Source: a virus. From it: DNA of 64,000 bases. The notes beneath the pieces were generated by a model. The model had not been told where the DNA came from and did not search any database. It saw only the letters and a program-made list of their open reading frames with translations. Each line of letters begins with the position of its first letter. The stretch's first letter is position 1. Of this stretch, positions 28,706 to 40,100 are shown in pieces. The stretch lies in IMG/VR virus record IMGVR_UViG_3300010938_000281, positions 1 through 64,000 of that record. The stretch is one strand, 5' to 3'. Made by a program: the position numbers and the translations under genes.

Positions 28706-29531
28706 TGAAATTAAGTATATAAAAGATAACTATGAGAATATGACGTGTGCAGAGATGGCTACTAATATTGGTAGAACTACAAAATCTATACAACATATGT
28801 TTAATAAGCTCGGCCTTAAGAGACGTTCCGCTCAGGTTGGAGATATTATAAAGGGGTGGGAGATAAAAGAGATATATATCAAGGATTTAGGTTCTCAGAA
28901 TGTGCGAATGGCTAGAGTTGTGTCTACTTTTGGAGATGGTAAAGAGGCTCATTATAGATTAACCAAACTAACACTTGGTCAAGTTGGATATCCCGATGGT
29001 AGAAGACCAGACCTTACAGAAAAAAATACCACACATGGAGAATCAGAAACTAGGTTATATAGGATATGGTCCGGTATGAAGAATAGGTGTTCTAATATAA
29101 AAACCAAGGCATATCCTGATTATGGCGGTAGAGGAATAAATATATATGATAAATGGTTAGATTTTATCGTATTTAGAGATTGGGCAAATAGTAACGGATA
29201 TAATAATAGTTTAACAATTGATAGAATAGACGTAGATGATAATTACGAACCTGATAATTGTCGCTGGGTAACTAGGTCCGAACAGGTGGATAATAAAAGA
29301 AACTCTTCAAGTATAGAGCTTACAGCATTTGGTGAAACAAAATCGGTTTATAAGTGGTCAAGAGATACAAGGTGTTCTGTTAAACCTTGCGTTCTTATTT
29401 ACAGATACAATACCGGTTGGAAACACGAAGATGCTATAGTCAAACCTCCACAACGAAAAACAAAAGAGCCACTACTAGAGTGGCTCCAAAGAAAATATTC
29501 TAATATATACCAAGAATGGTTATTAGAATAG
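28683..29531 (+). CDS. HNH homing endonuclease
   Basis: THG..ETRLYRIWSGMKNRC, YPDYGGRGI, TIDRIDVDDNYEPDNCRW. Confidence 0.88.
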   Translation: MKQRWLDDEIKYIKDNYENMTCAEMATNIGRTTKSIQHMFNKLGLKRRSAQVGDIIKGWEIKEIYIKDLGSQNVRMARVVSTFGDGKEAHYRLTKLTLGQVGYPDGRRPDLTEKNTTHGESETRLYRIWSGMKNRCSNIKTKAYPDYGGRGINIYDKWLDFIVFRDWANSNGYNNSLTIDRIDVDDNYEPDNCRWVTRSEQVDNKRNSSSIELTAFGETKSVYKWSRDTRCSVKPCVLIYRYNTGWKHEDAIVKPPQRKTKEPLLEWLQRKYSNIYQEWLLE

Positions 29532-29539
29532 ATGTTACA

Positions 29540-30154
29540 CTAGAGGTATTCGAGTGAAATCCATAAACCGTTCAAAGTTTTACTTCCGATGCTGTCTGGA
29601 CTTTGACTAATAGCCATATACCAGTCGTGTTGCATAGCGGATACGGTGCTATTAGAACCGTTACCGGCAAAAAATCCACTAGGTCCAGGGCTTGGACATA
29701 GGCTTGCAACAACAGAGCTACCAGCAGGAGTAATCCACGAAGTATCTCCGGAGCCGTTGTTATTTTGTATAGTATCAATATGGATTAACTGAGCAAACTT
29801 AGTTGTAACACCCGAAGCTGGATTGTTAATATTGCTTCTATCGTAGATATAAGCTTTAACATTCTGAGTCTTAACAGCGGAACCGTGTGTGAATCTAACA
29901 TTAAGTGTAGCATACATATTAGGAATTTGTGTAAGCCAGACACCAGACGTAGCAGAGTTAATAATACCACTGTTTACATTTTGATATTTAAGATTGTTAA
30001 CTTGCGCACCCTGAGCCGTACCATTACCATTAGTAATAAATGTGGTATCTTGGTATTCGCCTACATTAACAGAAACACCAAAACCATTCCCATAAAAGCC
30101 CAAGCCTGAGCCGTTTAGGTTGATTGTATTGGCATAAAAGTCGATTTGAGCCAT
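29540..30154 (-). CDS. Putative virion structural protein (S/G/N/T-rich, beta)
   Basis: Strong SD AGGAGAG, upstream late-motif copy, composition. Confidence 0.55.
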   Translation of the reverse strand: MAQIDFYANTINLNGSGLGFYGNGFGVSVNVGEYQDTTFITNGNGTAQGAQVNNLKYQNVNSGIINSATSGVWLTQIPNMYATLNVRFTHGSAVKTQNVKAYIYDRSNINNPASGVTTKFAQLIHIDTIQNNNGSGDTSWITPAGSSVVASLCPSPGPSGFFAGNGSNSTVSAMQHDWYMAISQSPDSIGSKTLNGLWISLEYL

Positions 30155-30186
30155 TCTATATTCTCTCCTTGTAGAAACCTCTACTG

Positions 30187-30196
30187 TATATTACAC
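30187..30196 (-). promoter_or_regulatory. Putative late promoter motif GTGTAATATA
   Basis: Intergenic; matches motif upstream of other late genes. Confidence 0.55.
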
Positions 30197-30219
30197 TTAA
30201 ACTAAGTACATTTAGATAT

Positions 30220-30645
30220 TTACCAACGTGGCGGATTATCTGGACAATTACTAGAGCGCCATCTAGCTTTAACCTCTAAATAGCATCCACATTTCGAACA
30301 TCTTTGTTCTGAAGCTATAAATAAAGGACATGATTTACAAATATCCATACGTCTATTATACTCTGTATCATCTACAGTAGCCATACCATCAACCACATGA
30401 TTTACAGTTGCACCAGCCGCGTTTCTTATTTGTCTAAATGTTGACGGATATTGCGGCGGCGGTGGTGTTTCAAGCATAGGCTTATGCGATATATTATCAT
30501 CCAATATTTCGGGAGGATGACCGGATATAATATCAAGATATTCGCATAGAACATCACTATTTTTACAATCGTTAAATTCTTTATCTGTTTTAATCATCTT
30601 ATGTCTAGCACAATAGCCAGCCATAGAACAAGAACAACTGGTCAT
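30220..30645 (-). CDS. Cys-rich protein (DUF6171-like C-terminus)
   Basis: RMDICKSCP...CSKCGC.L..KA......CP. Confidence 0.65.
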   Translation of the reverse strand: MTSCSCSMAGYCARHKMIKTDKEFNDCKNSDVLCEYLDIISGHPPEILDDNISHKPMLETPPPPQYPSTFRQIRNAAGATVNHVVDGMATVDDTEYNRRMDICKSCPLFIASEQRCSKCGCYLEVKARWRSSNCPDNPPRW

Positions 30646-32339
30646 AATCTAATACCTTTTTGTTGAAAGATAGCCTCGCGATTAGCTTTAGTAGGTTCTT
30701 TCATATAAATATCATCAGTCACTTTTTTACTGGACTCTATAGTTACAACCATATTAAGTAAACCTGTAGGATAGTCAGATAGTAATATATCGGTCAGATT
30801 TTGTGAAATACCAAAAGTGTCATAGACATATCGGTCATATCTACTGTTCATATTTTCATCCCACATATTGTAGTCATAAAAATCCTTACGAGCACCAAAC
30901 CAATCATTACCTTGCACCCCTCTGTGTATGATACCGAGATTAGAATACCTCAGTCTACTTTCAGCTTGTCCCTGTCCTAAAACCCAATTACCACCAATAG
31001 GACCGGGAATTACACTCCTGAATAAAGGATTGCTATTAGCCGACCCGCAACCCAACATATACTGTCCTGTAAGAAAATAATATGGTGCATAATATCTATA
31101 ACCAATATTAGTTCTTAAATTTAATGAATCTAATGATGAATTGTAGCCGTTTGGATTAACCGCGTACATTTTATCAAAATCGCTAGTATCTCTTATGAGA
31201 TATCCGCCAGAACTTGGTCCTAATGAAGTACCGTATCTGGTGCTGATACTTAACAATCCGCCATAACCAGCACAACAGTGAAGTGGTCCAACAATACCAC
31301 CAGTTGATTTATCTGGAGGAATAGTATGTAAAGAACCTATTACATTTGTGGAATATGGGCGTACACCATTCACATAGTTTATATCATTTTTATAGTTAGC
31401 ACCCAATACAATATTATTGTACTTAAAATCGTGGTCTAGTAAACAATCATTACAATAACAATTATAAAGTAGTTTAGATTGACGATAATAATCTACCGGA
31501 TAAGGATAATCAAATATAATTCCATCACCTGGAGCGTTCCATACATCTATTAAACCATAAAACGCAAAACGATTATTTGCTAAAAATTGGAAATTTGATA
31601 TATTGGTTTTAATATATACTGTACCGTTTATATTGAACAGTGGACCAAGTCTTGATTGATAATCAATATCTAACGCGTCCGATTTGTATAACCCACCACC
31701 ATAATATTTGAACAAAACTTGGTTCTCGTATAATGCTGAATAAGTAGCAAAGCCAGTACCGCTGGTCACAGATGTATTTGGTAATTGGATGTATAGTAAT
31801 GGTGGAGTGAAAGCATATCCCAATCCGCCTAAATCAAAGTATTTTCCGCAAGAATCATTATAAAATGAAAATGTTACAACACTACTTAAACCAGTAATCA
31901 ATGATTGCGAACTAAGAATACTTACCTCGCCGTACTTAACACCACACGCATCCAAATCTGCGGCAATTTCAAAATTGCACCACTTACTGAAACTGGCCCC
32001 ATTAAATGTGTTAATAACTATGTCTTGATTGGACGACGCTTTAATAAAAGTTTCATCGCTAACATGTGTAACTGTATTACCACTAAAATCTGTTTGAACA
32101 TACATAATAGTAGTCATTAACGGCATTCTACCACTACGAACATACAAATTATGATTTTTCGGATGCTCAAAAATATAGTTTGGTAAAATATTATTTTCAG
32201 CAATAAGGTATTGACCGTTAGACGTATTAAACCATCCACCAACATTATCGTACATAGCCGGATTACATATTGGTTGTTCTACTAGAATATCAAAGTCACC
32301 ATTAAAAAGAAGACCGCTCCCACATCCACATCCAAGCAT
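30642..32339 (-). CDS. Putative tail fibre/tip protein
   Basis: 565 aa, G/Y/N-rich, downstream of tail-tip genes. Confidence 0.45.
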   Translation of the reverse strand: MLGCGCGSGLLFNGDFDILVEQPICNPAMYDNVGGWFNTSNGQYLIAENNILPNYIFEHPKNHNLYVRSGRMPLMTTIMYVQTDFSGNTVTHVSDETFIKASSNQDIVINTFNGASFSKWCNFEIAADLDACGVKYGEVSILSSQSLITGLSSVVTFSFYNDSCGKYFDLGGLGYAFTPPLLYIQLPNTSVTSGTGFATYSALYENQVLFKYYGGGLYKSDALDIDYQSRLGPLFNINGTVYIKTNISNFQFLANNRFAFYGLIDVWNAPGDGIIFDYPYPVDYYRQSKLLYNCYCNDCLLDHDFKYNNIVLGANYKNDINYVNGVRPYSTNVIGSLHTIPPDKSTGGIVGPLHCCAGYGGLLSISTRYGTSLGPSSGGYLIRDTSDFDKMYAVNPNGYNSSLDSLNLRTNIGYRYYAPYYFLTGQYMLGCGSANSNPLFRSVIPGPIGGNWVLGQGQAESRLRYSNLGIIHRGVQGNDWFGARKDFYDYNMWDENMNSRYDRYVYDTFGISQNLTDILLSDYPTGLLNMVVTIESSKKVTDDIYMKEPTKANREAIFQQKGIRL

Positions 32340-32340
32340 C

Positions 32341-33162
32341 TTAACATCCTATGTAAATTGGAACATACATCTTATCGTAACCCATATTCAATATTTTACT
32401 CTTTAATTTATCGTTTGTAACCTTAGCACATATACAAAGTCTACCATACCCATGACTATTCAAAGAAAGATTGGGGTCCAAATTCGTAATATCTAAAATA
32501 CTATTATCTTCAAGTAAATACATTATACCATACCCGGCCCAAATTCCGCTACTTGTATAAAAAGCAGAATCTATACTCTGCAACGTGCCTATTTTAAGTT
32601 CTACATCGCCACCGGCACTCCAATGGTCTGTATCCCAGCTCATTTCTAACGGGCCAGCAACAGGAAATCCACTTGGATTAGTACCGACAAAATATACATC
32701 CTTATTTAGTCCTACAGACCTCATACTATCTCTAATAGGAGCTGGATATCCAGCAGCGCCACTTGTACTATAAATGTTGCCAGGAAACATAGCGTCGTTT
32801 GCTACAATATCGTAGGTTGTAACAGATATACCACTAGAAGGCATAGGATGTCCAGATATAGCACTATAATTACCACTAGCAAATACGACCATAGGATTAC
32901 CGTTTGAATCGTATCTATATATCTGACCATATGTAGCATATGGAACAAAAATACTATTTAGTGATACACACGCCTTATCCATGTAGTTATCACAGCTTAC
33001 AATATAGTTTGTAACCTGCTCTGGAGAAAGCATAGCTACATTATAACTAATTACAATACCATTCTCATCGTATACAGCTTCAGCACCAACAAAAGAGTGC
33101 GTTGCTTCTGTCTTAGGAGAAAAATTTGTAAGGTTATACCCCCTTGGTCGCTCGGTTCTCAT
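32341..33162 (-). CDS. Putative tail tip protein
   Basis: VAGPLEMSWD motif; coupled to the upstream tail gene; ends IGC. Confidence 0.45.
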   Translation of the reverse strand: MRTERPRGYNLTNFSPKTEATHSFVGAEAVYDENGIVISYNVAMLSPEQVTNYIVSCDNYMDKACVSLNSIFVPYATYGQIYRYDSNGNPMVVFASGNYSAISGHPMPSSGISVTTYDIVANDAMFPGNIYSTSGAAGYPAPIRDSMRSVGLNKDVYFVGTNPSGFPVAGPLEMSWDTDHWSAGGDVELKIGTLQSIDSAFYTSSGIWAGYGIMYLLEDNSILDITNLDPNLSLNSHGYGRLCICAKVTNDKLKSKILNMGYDKMYVPIYIGC

Positions 33163-35582
33163 TATTTAAGAATCTTTCTTGAGATTTCCTTCATTCTTCT
33201 TACAAACTCGTATTGAGCTTTCTTGATTTTGAAGAACTTGTCCGCGTAGAATTTTGCTAGTTTTCCGAACTTTGGACTCCAAGACCTTAACGAATATCTT
33301 GTAGTTACACCTTGTACAGCTACACTTACACTAATATCCGTAACGTATGGTCCAGATGATAGTAGCTGGTCTCCTAATTGTAACGATGGAATGTCTGGAA
33401 ACTCTACAGCGCCATATTCTAATCTTTGCATTCTAATACCCATCTCAGAAACTTTAGCTTGTCCCGCAAGATTCATCAATTGATAAGAACCATAATTCCA
33501 AGGAACTAAACCTTCGTCGTGTTCAACCTCTGTTTTTCCAATAGAGGTAGCAATATACCACGGCCCATAAAGCTCTGTCTGTAGCTCTAACGGAATGGCG
33601 GCAACGTCTGGTGTAATCGCAGCGGGAACATGGGCAGAAATAGTTGAAGTAAAATTATATACGGAACTGGTTAGTTTTTTCCATTCATCTTGTGCTTGTG
33701 TAAAGTCTATCACACCGGCTTCAATAGCACTATACAACAGCCACCATATAGGTCCAGCATTCCATAAATTGTCTCTCTTAAGGGATACCGGCGCTGGTAA
33801 CGTAATAACAGCACGGGGAGATAAAAACGTTCTATTATTTAAGAATACTAGGTCTGGTTCTACTTCGCAGCGAATAAATACAGACGTGCCATTTGCTGCA
33901 AAAAATATATCATCTGGCGAAATAGCACTAAAGTCATAAAGATAAGCATTATCAAATCTTACAAATCCAGCTATCCTATTATCATCCGTTAGCATTGGTA
34001 ATAGGTCTATTGGTAATAAATTATGCGCTTGAGCGTCTGAAATTTCACCGTCGCTTAAAAATGCTCCATCGGTAGGAATATGACTATATGAATAACTAAT
34101 AGTGTCGGGGTCAACCTTTACGGCAACCTCTGGAATCCTAACCATATATTTTCTACCATAATAATCCTTAGCATAATCAGTAAGCATCCTATGAAGTTCC
34201 TCTATAGGTCTCTTGTCTCCATGATTGCTAAATATAGACATTATTCCATTACCAATGCCGGGATTGCTAAACTTAGCAATTCCACCACCAAACAATATAC
34301 TCATTAAGTCTGGATTTATACCAGAGCCTATACCTATAAGGTACGATTTTAAGAAGTGTGGATTAGGTTTTCCGTTGTGTCTATATGTAACATTTCCAGG
34401 TATTGGCGGTCTATCCCAATAGAATAGATAAGGCCCAAAAGGAACAGCTTTAGATTGTGGGTCTTTTACAAAGAATGTTGCCGTTTGACCACCGTTGGCT
34501 TCTATGATATATTCATTAGACCAATTCATCCATAAGAAAGATACCCAATGTGCATATCCGCTCATTGCAGCCATTAACTCGCCAACACTTGTAGGATACC
34601 AAGGTCCAACATTCGGAAGATTAACATTTCTTGAATCTAGTACAAATTCGTGATAATACCCGGTAAGGTCTGCTATTATTATTCTACCATCAATAGTCTT
34701 ACCCCAATAAGGCCAAATAGTATTATCATAACCGGTAGTTATATCGTCGTCTTCTCCCCCGCTTAGGGCTTGATAGTATAGAATAGTTTTTTTACCACCA
34801 AACACCATCTTGGCACATATATCGTTAACCATTTCAAAACCGGCCTCTTTAGTAACAGCGCCGGGAGTAGTTTGTACGAACTGGTCGATAACACCTATAT
34901 TTGGAATATTTCTACGAGAAACTGTATACAGCTTAATTATATTGTGTCCGTTCACTAGCTCTAATCTAAAGAACATTTCACAACCACCAGCCTCACAGAT
35001 ATCTCTAAGAACATCCATCAAGGTCATAGTAGCTCCACCAACCCTATAATCTAGCGGTAGTAGAGGTAGATTGGTTAGGTCGATACCGAACACGGTACTT
35101 TTATACCCTATATTACCAGTATAGATATTCGGGGTAATTGTATTACCCAGAATCATAATAGCTTGAACTAATAAGAAATAAGGTATACCATCTTGATTCT
35201 TACCAGACCCACCAAACCCGAACGTGTTCTCTAAGAACCCAAAAACATTGATTACATTTGGTACGTTTGCAGGACCATAGTAGTCGTCTAGTATAATACT
35301 TACACCTTCAAGCAATTGTCGTGGGTCAACTATTGTAACCTCAAATATTGGGTTGCCAGAAGGCGAGTAGTTTTGTGTCCACTTTTCCAACAGCCCATTA
35401 AATTTCCAACCACCAAAATTAAAGTATACAGGCAATCCTACCTCTGGTGGACTGAAATTATCATTATCATCTTCGGCGAGAGTTACGTTAACACGACTAA
35501 CATCGTCGTTCCATCCCATAGAACAATTATAGCTAGCGACTGTTGCGCCTAAAAACCTCGCCGGTGTAAAATTTGCTGTCAT
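33162..35582 (-). CDS. Putative tail hub/central tail tip protein
   Basis: 806 aa after distal tail genes; hub-like N-terminus (FLGATV...LAED, VTIVDPR) and C-terminal VTDISVSV..GVTTRYS. Confidence 0.55.
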   Translation of the reverse strand: MTANFTPARFLGATVASYNCSMGWNDDVSRVNVTLAEDDNDNFSPPEVGLPVYFNFGGWKFNGLLEKWTQNYSPSGNPIFEVTIVDPRQLLEGVSIILDDYYGPANVPNVINVFGFLENTFGFGGSGKNQDGIPYFLLVQAIMILGNTITPNIYTGNIGYKSTVFGIDLTNLPLLPLDYRVGGATMTLMDVLRDICEAGGCEMFFRLELVNGHNIIKLYTVSRRNIPNIGVIDQFVQTTPGAVTKEAGFEMVNDICAKMVFGGKKTILYYQALSGGEDDDITTGYDNTIWPYWGKTIDGRIIIADLTGYYHEFVLDSRNVNLPNVGPWYPTSVGELMAAMSGYAHWVSFLWMNWSNEYIIEANGGQTATFFVKDPQSKAVPFGPYLFYWDRPPIPGNVTYRHNGKPNPHFLKSYLIGIGSGINPDLMSILFGGGIAKFSNPGIGNGIMSIFSNHGDKRPIEELHRMLTDYAKDYYGRKYMVRIPEVAVKVDPDTISYSYSHIPTDGAFLSDGEISDAQAHNLLPIDLLPMLTDDNRIAGFVRFDNAYLYDFSAISPDDIFFAANGTSVFIRCEVEPDLVFLNNRTFLSPRAVITLPAPVSLKRDNLWNAGPIWWLLYSAIEAGVIDFTQAQDEWKKLTSSVYNFTSTISAHVPAAITPDVAAIPLELQTELYGPWYIATSIGKTEVEHDEGLVPWNYGSYQLMNLAGQAKVSEMGIRMQRLEYGAVEFPDIPSLQLGDQLLSSGPYVTDISVSVAVQGVTTRYSLRSWSPKFGKLAKFYADKFFKIKKAQYEFVRRMKEISRKILK

Positions 35583-35590
35583 TTATTATC

Positions 35591-37051
35591 CTAGTTTTCG
35601 TATACCCACGTTTTTGTCATTGAGTATCGTCCTGTTCGTGGTTCCCACCTCTCATTATTATCATCAAGAAAAGACTTAGAAGCTCCATTATTTATTGGAT
35701 TTGCCGCAGTTACAATGGAATTAATGGCGGCAGATGTTACACTGTTTATACTTGGTTTGCCGTTGTTTAGTATATGTTGTATAGTTCCAGTAGGTATAGG
35801 AAATACAACCTCTATATCTAAAGTCCTCCTTCTTTCTCTACTTGTACCAACATTCTGTAGGATTGGACCTTTAGTTCTTCCAAGAATAGGAATGATAGCC
35901 ACAACATTTGTTCCTAAACTATCATTAATAGAGATTGTTTCTGAAAGAGATGTCGGAATTATGTTGGATGGGCGGTTATCGAACTCGTATGAATAATTTA
36001 TAATACCAGTTATAGGATTTTTACCTACGGTTGTAGATAGAGGTATTACGTTCAAATTGATACCGGCGTAACTCTGTGCGCGAACTAGAGATTGTCCAGA
36101 CGCCATTACATATCCAACACTCGCGTTATCATATTTTTGTGTTGTTATAGACATAGTATTCTGATTACGAACCTCTAAGCCCGTAATAGTTCCTTCGATA
36201 CCAACATTGGTTAAACCTGTATCTGAAGATTTCCTAATATTGATATCAAAAGTTTCAAGATAGTTACCGCTTGCTAAAACCCAGTTTTCTGTAACAGAAT
36301 AAGTCCCGCCAAGTTCTTCAACATTTTCCGAACGTATAAGGTTCAAACCTTTATAGTAACTAGGTAGATTGTTAACACCTGAGTAGAAAAAATTAGTATC
36401 TAGGCCGAGTCTTGGAGTAACCCACGCTTTAGCTTGTTGCCACGCTGGTTTTGATAGAGCGCCCGCATTATTAAAAAACCTTTTACCTTTAGCTGATACC
36501 GTATGTGTTAATCTATATGTTCTGGGAAGCCCTAGACCCTCCGGTGTACCCTCGTCGGTTTCTATCTGCCAAGATTCACTACCCGATTCAATGTAGGCTT
36601 CAAATGTATCTTCGGCGTGTGTTAGGCCGTTTATATAAAGCAGGTCGCTCTCAGCAGTAATAGTGTATTCAACATGGTTCCACCAGATATCTTTAGTAAA
36701 GTTAATCTCTTTGATTCTAGGATTACACTTTATAGGGGCGGTGGCATTTTCACTTTGCCATTCTAACTGTTGGCCGTCTGTAGCAAATAAACTTCTAATT
36801 GCTTCTTCTTTACGCATAATAGATTGAAGTCTAGCGTTTTCGGCTATTGTTTCATCGGGTGGAAACCCACCAAGGGTCCAGAATACGCCGGAGCTATTAG
36901 GCGAACCCATATACGCGAGTGATTTACCAGTAATTGAAATATTCCAAATACTGTTAAGTTTAGTACCATCATCTGATGTTTGATATATTTTAGTAAACTC
37001 TACCAGCGGAGCCGGGATTAGACGTTTACCCCCATACATAACCCTACTCAT
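35591..37051 (-). CDS. Putative distal tail/baseplate protein
   Basis: 486 aa, beta-rich, PAPLV motif, synteny after tape measure. Confidence 0.5.
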   Translation of the reverse strand: MSRVMYGGKRLIPAPLVEFTKIYQTSDDGTKLNSIWNISITGKSLAYMGSPNSSGVFWTLGGFPPDETIAENARLQSIMRKEEAIRSLFATDGQQLEWQSENATAPIKCNPRIKEINFTKDIWWNHVEYTITAESDLLYINGLTHAEDTFEAYIESGSESWQIETDEGTPEGLGLPRTYRLTHTVSAKGKRFFNNAGALSKPAWQQAKAWVTPRLGLDTNFFYSGVNNLPSYYKGLNLIRSENVEELGGTYSVTENWVLASGNYLETFDINIRKSSDTGLTNVGIEGTITGLEVRNQNTMSITTQKYDNASVGYVMASGQSLVRAQSYAGINLNVIPLSTTVGKNPITGIINYSYEFDNRPSNIIPTSLSETISINDSLGTNVVAIIPILGRTKGPILQNVGTSRERRRTLDIEVVFPIPTGTIQHILNNGKPSINSVTSAAINSIVTAANPINNGASKSFLDDNNERWEPRTGRYSMTKTWVYEN

Positions 37052-37151
37052 AATTAGTATCCATATATTCGTTATATTGTTCTATAGTATTATATTTGAA
37101 TCCATCTTTTTCCAGTATCATATATAACTAAAATACCGTTAAATTCCATAA

Positions 37152-40100
37152 TTAGAAACCGTGTTGATATAGACTCATAACACCGCTAAAATCTCCCAGC
37201 GTTGTTGCTACAGATAGATTTAGAGAGTTAGTAACAAAAGTACCACCAAATACATACATAGTGGTTCCACTTGTATTTCCATCTGGAACCTTTAATGTTA
37301 GAGGTATTTCTTTTTGCGCTCCTTCACCCCTACCAGAGCCAATATAAAGTGTAGTACCACTACGATATACACTAGCACCATCAGTAAGACCGTCACCTTG
37401 AACAAACAAACTTTGAGGAGAGAAAATTGAACTTGCGTCGTTATACAAGAAGATTGGTAGAGAATTAAATAACTCTCCATCCCCCTTCAAAAACAATGTG
37501 ATTACTCCGCTTATATCGCCTTCGTCTTTTACTTTTGTAAATAGTGTAGTTGGTTTAGATATACCCTTACTGAATGTATATAGAGATATAGCATCTGTAA
37601 TTTCTGTACTACCAGGAGTATGACCCTTACTATATAATGTCTTACCACTACCAACTATAGGTGGAGGGTTAGACTTTGTGAATAATGGTATTCCACCACT
37701 ATACGGTAGAGGACCACATATGTATAATGTTCTATGGTTGCTATGTCCGCTCGGTCCAGGTATAAATAATGTTATAGCATTATTTTTTTGATTTGGACCG
37801 TTAAATGTGAACAGTGTAATATTACCGGACTGCTTAAGGCCGTTGTAGCAAAACAGGTCAATACCACTTTGGCGATAATTATTATTTAGATATAAGTCAA
37901 TACCGCTAGAGTATGTTCCCATACCACTTACATAAAGAATTGTACCTGTAGCTGTACTGGTTGGAGGCGTAGACCAGTAGTCGTTTATTACAGAAGCAAC
38001 GTGAATATCCAGCCTATCAAAGTGACCACTCGCGTTATAAGCAACGCCTTCATCTATAGGAGATAGATATTCTAAATCTATTTCCGCTCCGTTCCAACTT
38101 GGATGATATACAGTTGTCTTATCATAATATTTAATAGTTGGAGTATAGCTAGAATACGCGCCTGAAGCAGGTCTTGTATAATTATCCTGGTATTTATCAT
38201 AATAGAACAAGGCTGTTTTTAACGGAACTATATACTCGTTCAAGCCAGAACGAATACTAAACGTAGCACAAGCTATTTTAGCTCTTACATTTACAAGAGT
38301 CTTATATAGTAAGACAGCGCCGGATTCTGGATTATAAGCCGCGTAAGGACCGCCGAATACAGATTTAGATAGGTTCTGTGTTATTCTAATTATTGCATTA
38401 TTGTCTAATAACCCACCAGAATGGTTTGTATATCCATCTATCCACCCCGAAAAATATAATGTTCCATCTTCATAGAAGTTGGCCCTGTTACCACTTAAGA
38501 AACAATTGAGAGAGATGTTTCTGTATAAACCATTTCCATTACTTCCACTGGTTGTTGTTAAATATGTCTGACCATACTTAAATACATTCAAACGAGAAGA
38601 TGGAGGGTCGTAAAAATCAATAGGATTGCGCGTGTTCATCTCTACAAATTCTGTAGATGGATAATATACAGAAGAGTAGTAGTTATAATACGTTGCCATA
38701 TCCGGCCAACTATAGCCACCGTCGGAAAAATGTCTATACCTATCAGATTCATATCTAATAAAGTTAGTACCGCTAGTAATAGGTTGTATGTATAGATTGT
38801 TATCTAACTTTCTAAACAGTTCTTTTCTATCTAGTTTAGCTATGTCGGTCGAAGATAGACCGCTATTTATAACCCCTAATTCATAAAATCCTTTAGTTTG
38901 CCCTTCTCCCTCCTGTGTACGAAGACTTGATAGTGAATGACTAGCGTTAACGTTAAGAATAGAAGAGGGAAGAACGTATGAAGGGTCTCCGTTTCCTGGA
39001 TTAACAATAGTCTGGAAAAAATATCTACTTGCTAAAGGACCGGTTTCTCCAAGTTTAACAATAGAACCGTCATGTTTCATGTAACGTAGTGCCATACCAC
39101 CACTATCGTATGTTACAAGAACCCCTCTATATTGATTAGCAGTAGGAAAGCCTCTAACATATTTGTGTATCCAAGAATCTCCGTTTACTATAGCCAATCT
39201 AGCGTATAACCCACCGTCTTGACCTGGGCCACAAGAAAAATCATTACAAGAAACAAAAGGAGCATCTATACGCGGATTTCCGGTACTCTCCGGCATTCTA
39301 TCGCAACCAATCCAAATACTAAAATCGCCAGAAGGTAATCCGTTCCATATACTTCCATATGTATGCTGATTATCAAGAATAAACATAGAATCGGCAACGG
39401 TTACACCAGCGTCTTGTCCGATATTAGGATTTGGTGGAGCAGAAGCTATACCTTCCTGAAATCTAGCAGATTTAGAAATAATAGTTGCGTCGGGAGAATT
39501 ATCTACCATGTTAAGAGTATGAGACGAGGTTCTTGATGGTATAGTATAACTTACATAATAGTTAAAGTTAATACTACCGGTAGAAGATGTAAATTGATTA
39601 AAATCAAAAAACCAATCTCTAAATATATCATGGCGATATACACCACCAGAATTCAAACACATTACAGGGCTTGATTTAGTGCAAGCAAATTGCTCTTGTA
39701 CTCCTTGTGTATTTGGTAGATATACTGAATTATTAGAAAGTCCATCACCAATAAGTCTTACATGTGAAGTATTATTAATATCTTGTCCAATTAGAGGGTA
39801 TGACCCCCTATAATCATAATTTAACAATAAGGTATCTGTTTGTAACCTAATACTTGGTCCACCAATCATATGTAATGGTAGACCTTTAGGGCACAAATAT
39901 TCTCCGCTTACTACAACTTCGGCGGCTGAAATGTTAAGAGTTGTTCTTTTATTAATAAATCCATTAACGTTATATGTACCATCTTGCCAAATTCCAAACG
40001 TAAGATACGCTTTTTCATATTTATCTGTAGAATTGATTCCTATATTATTTTTAATCATAGGAACATTATATGTTTGAAATCCTCCACTTACTATCGTAAA

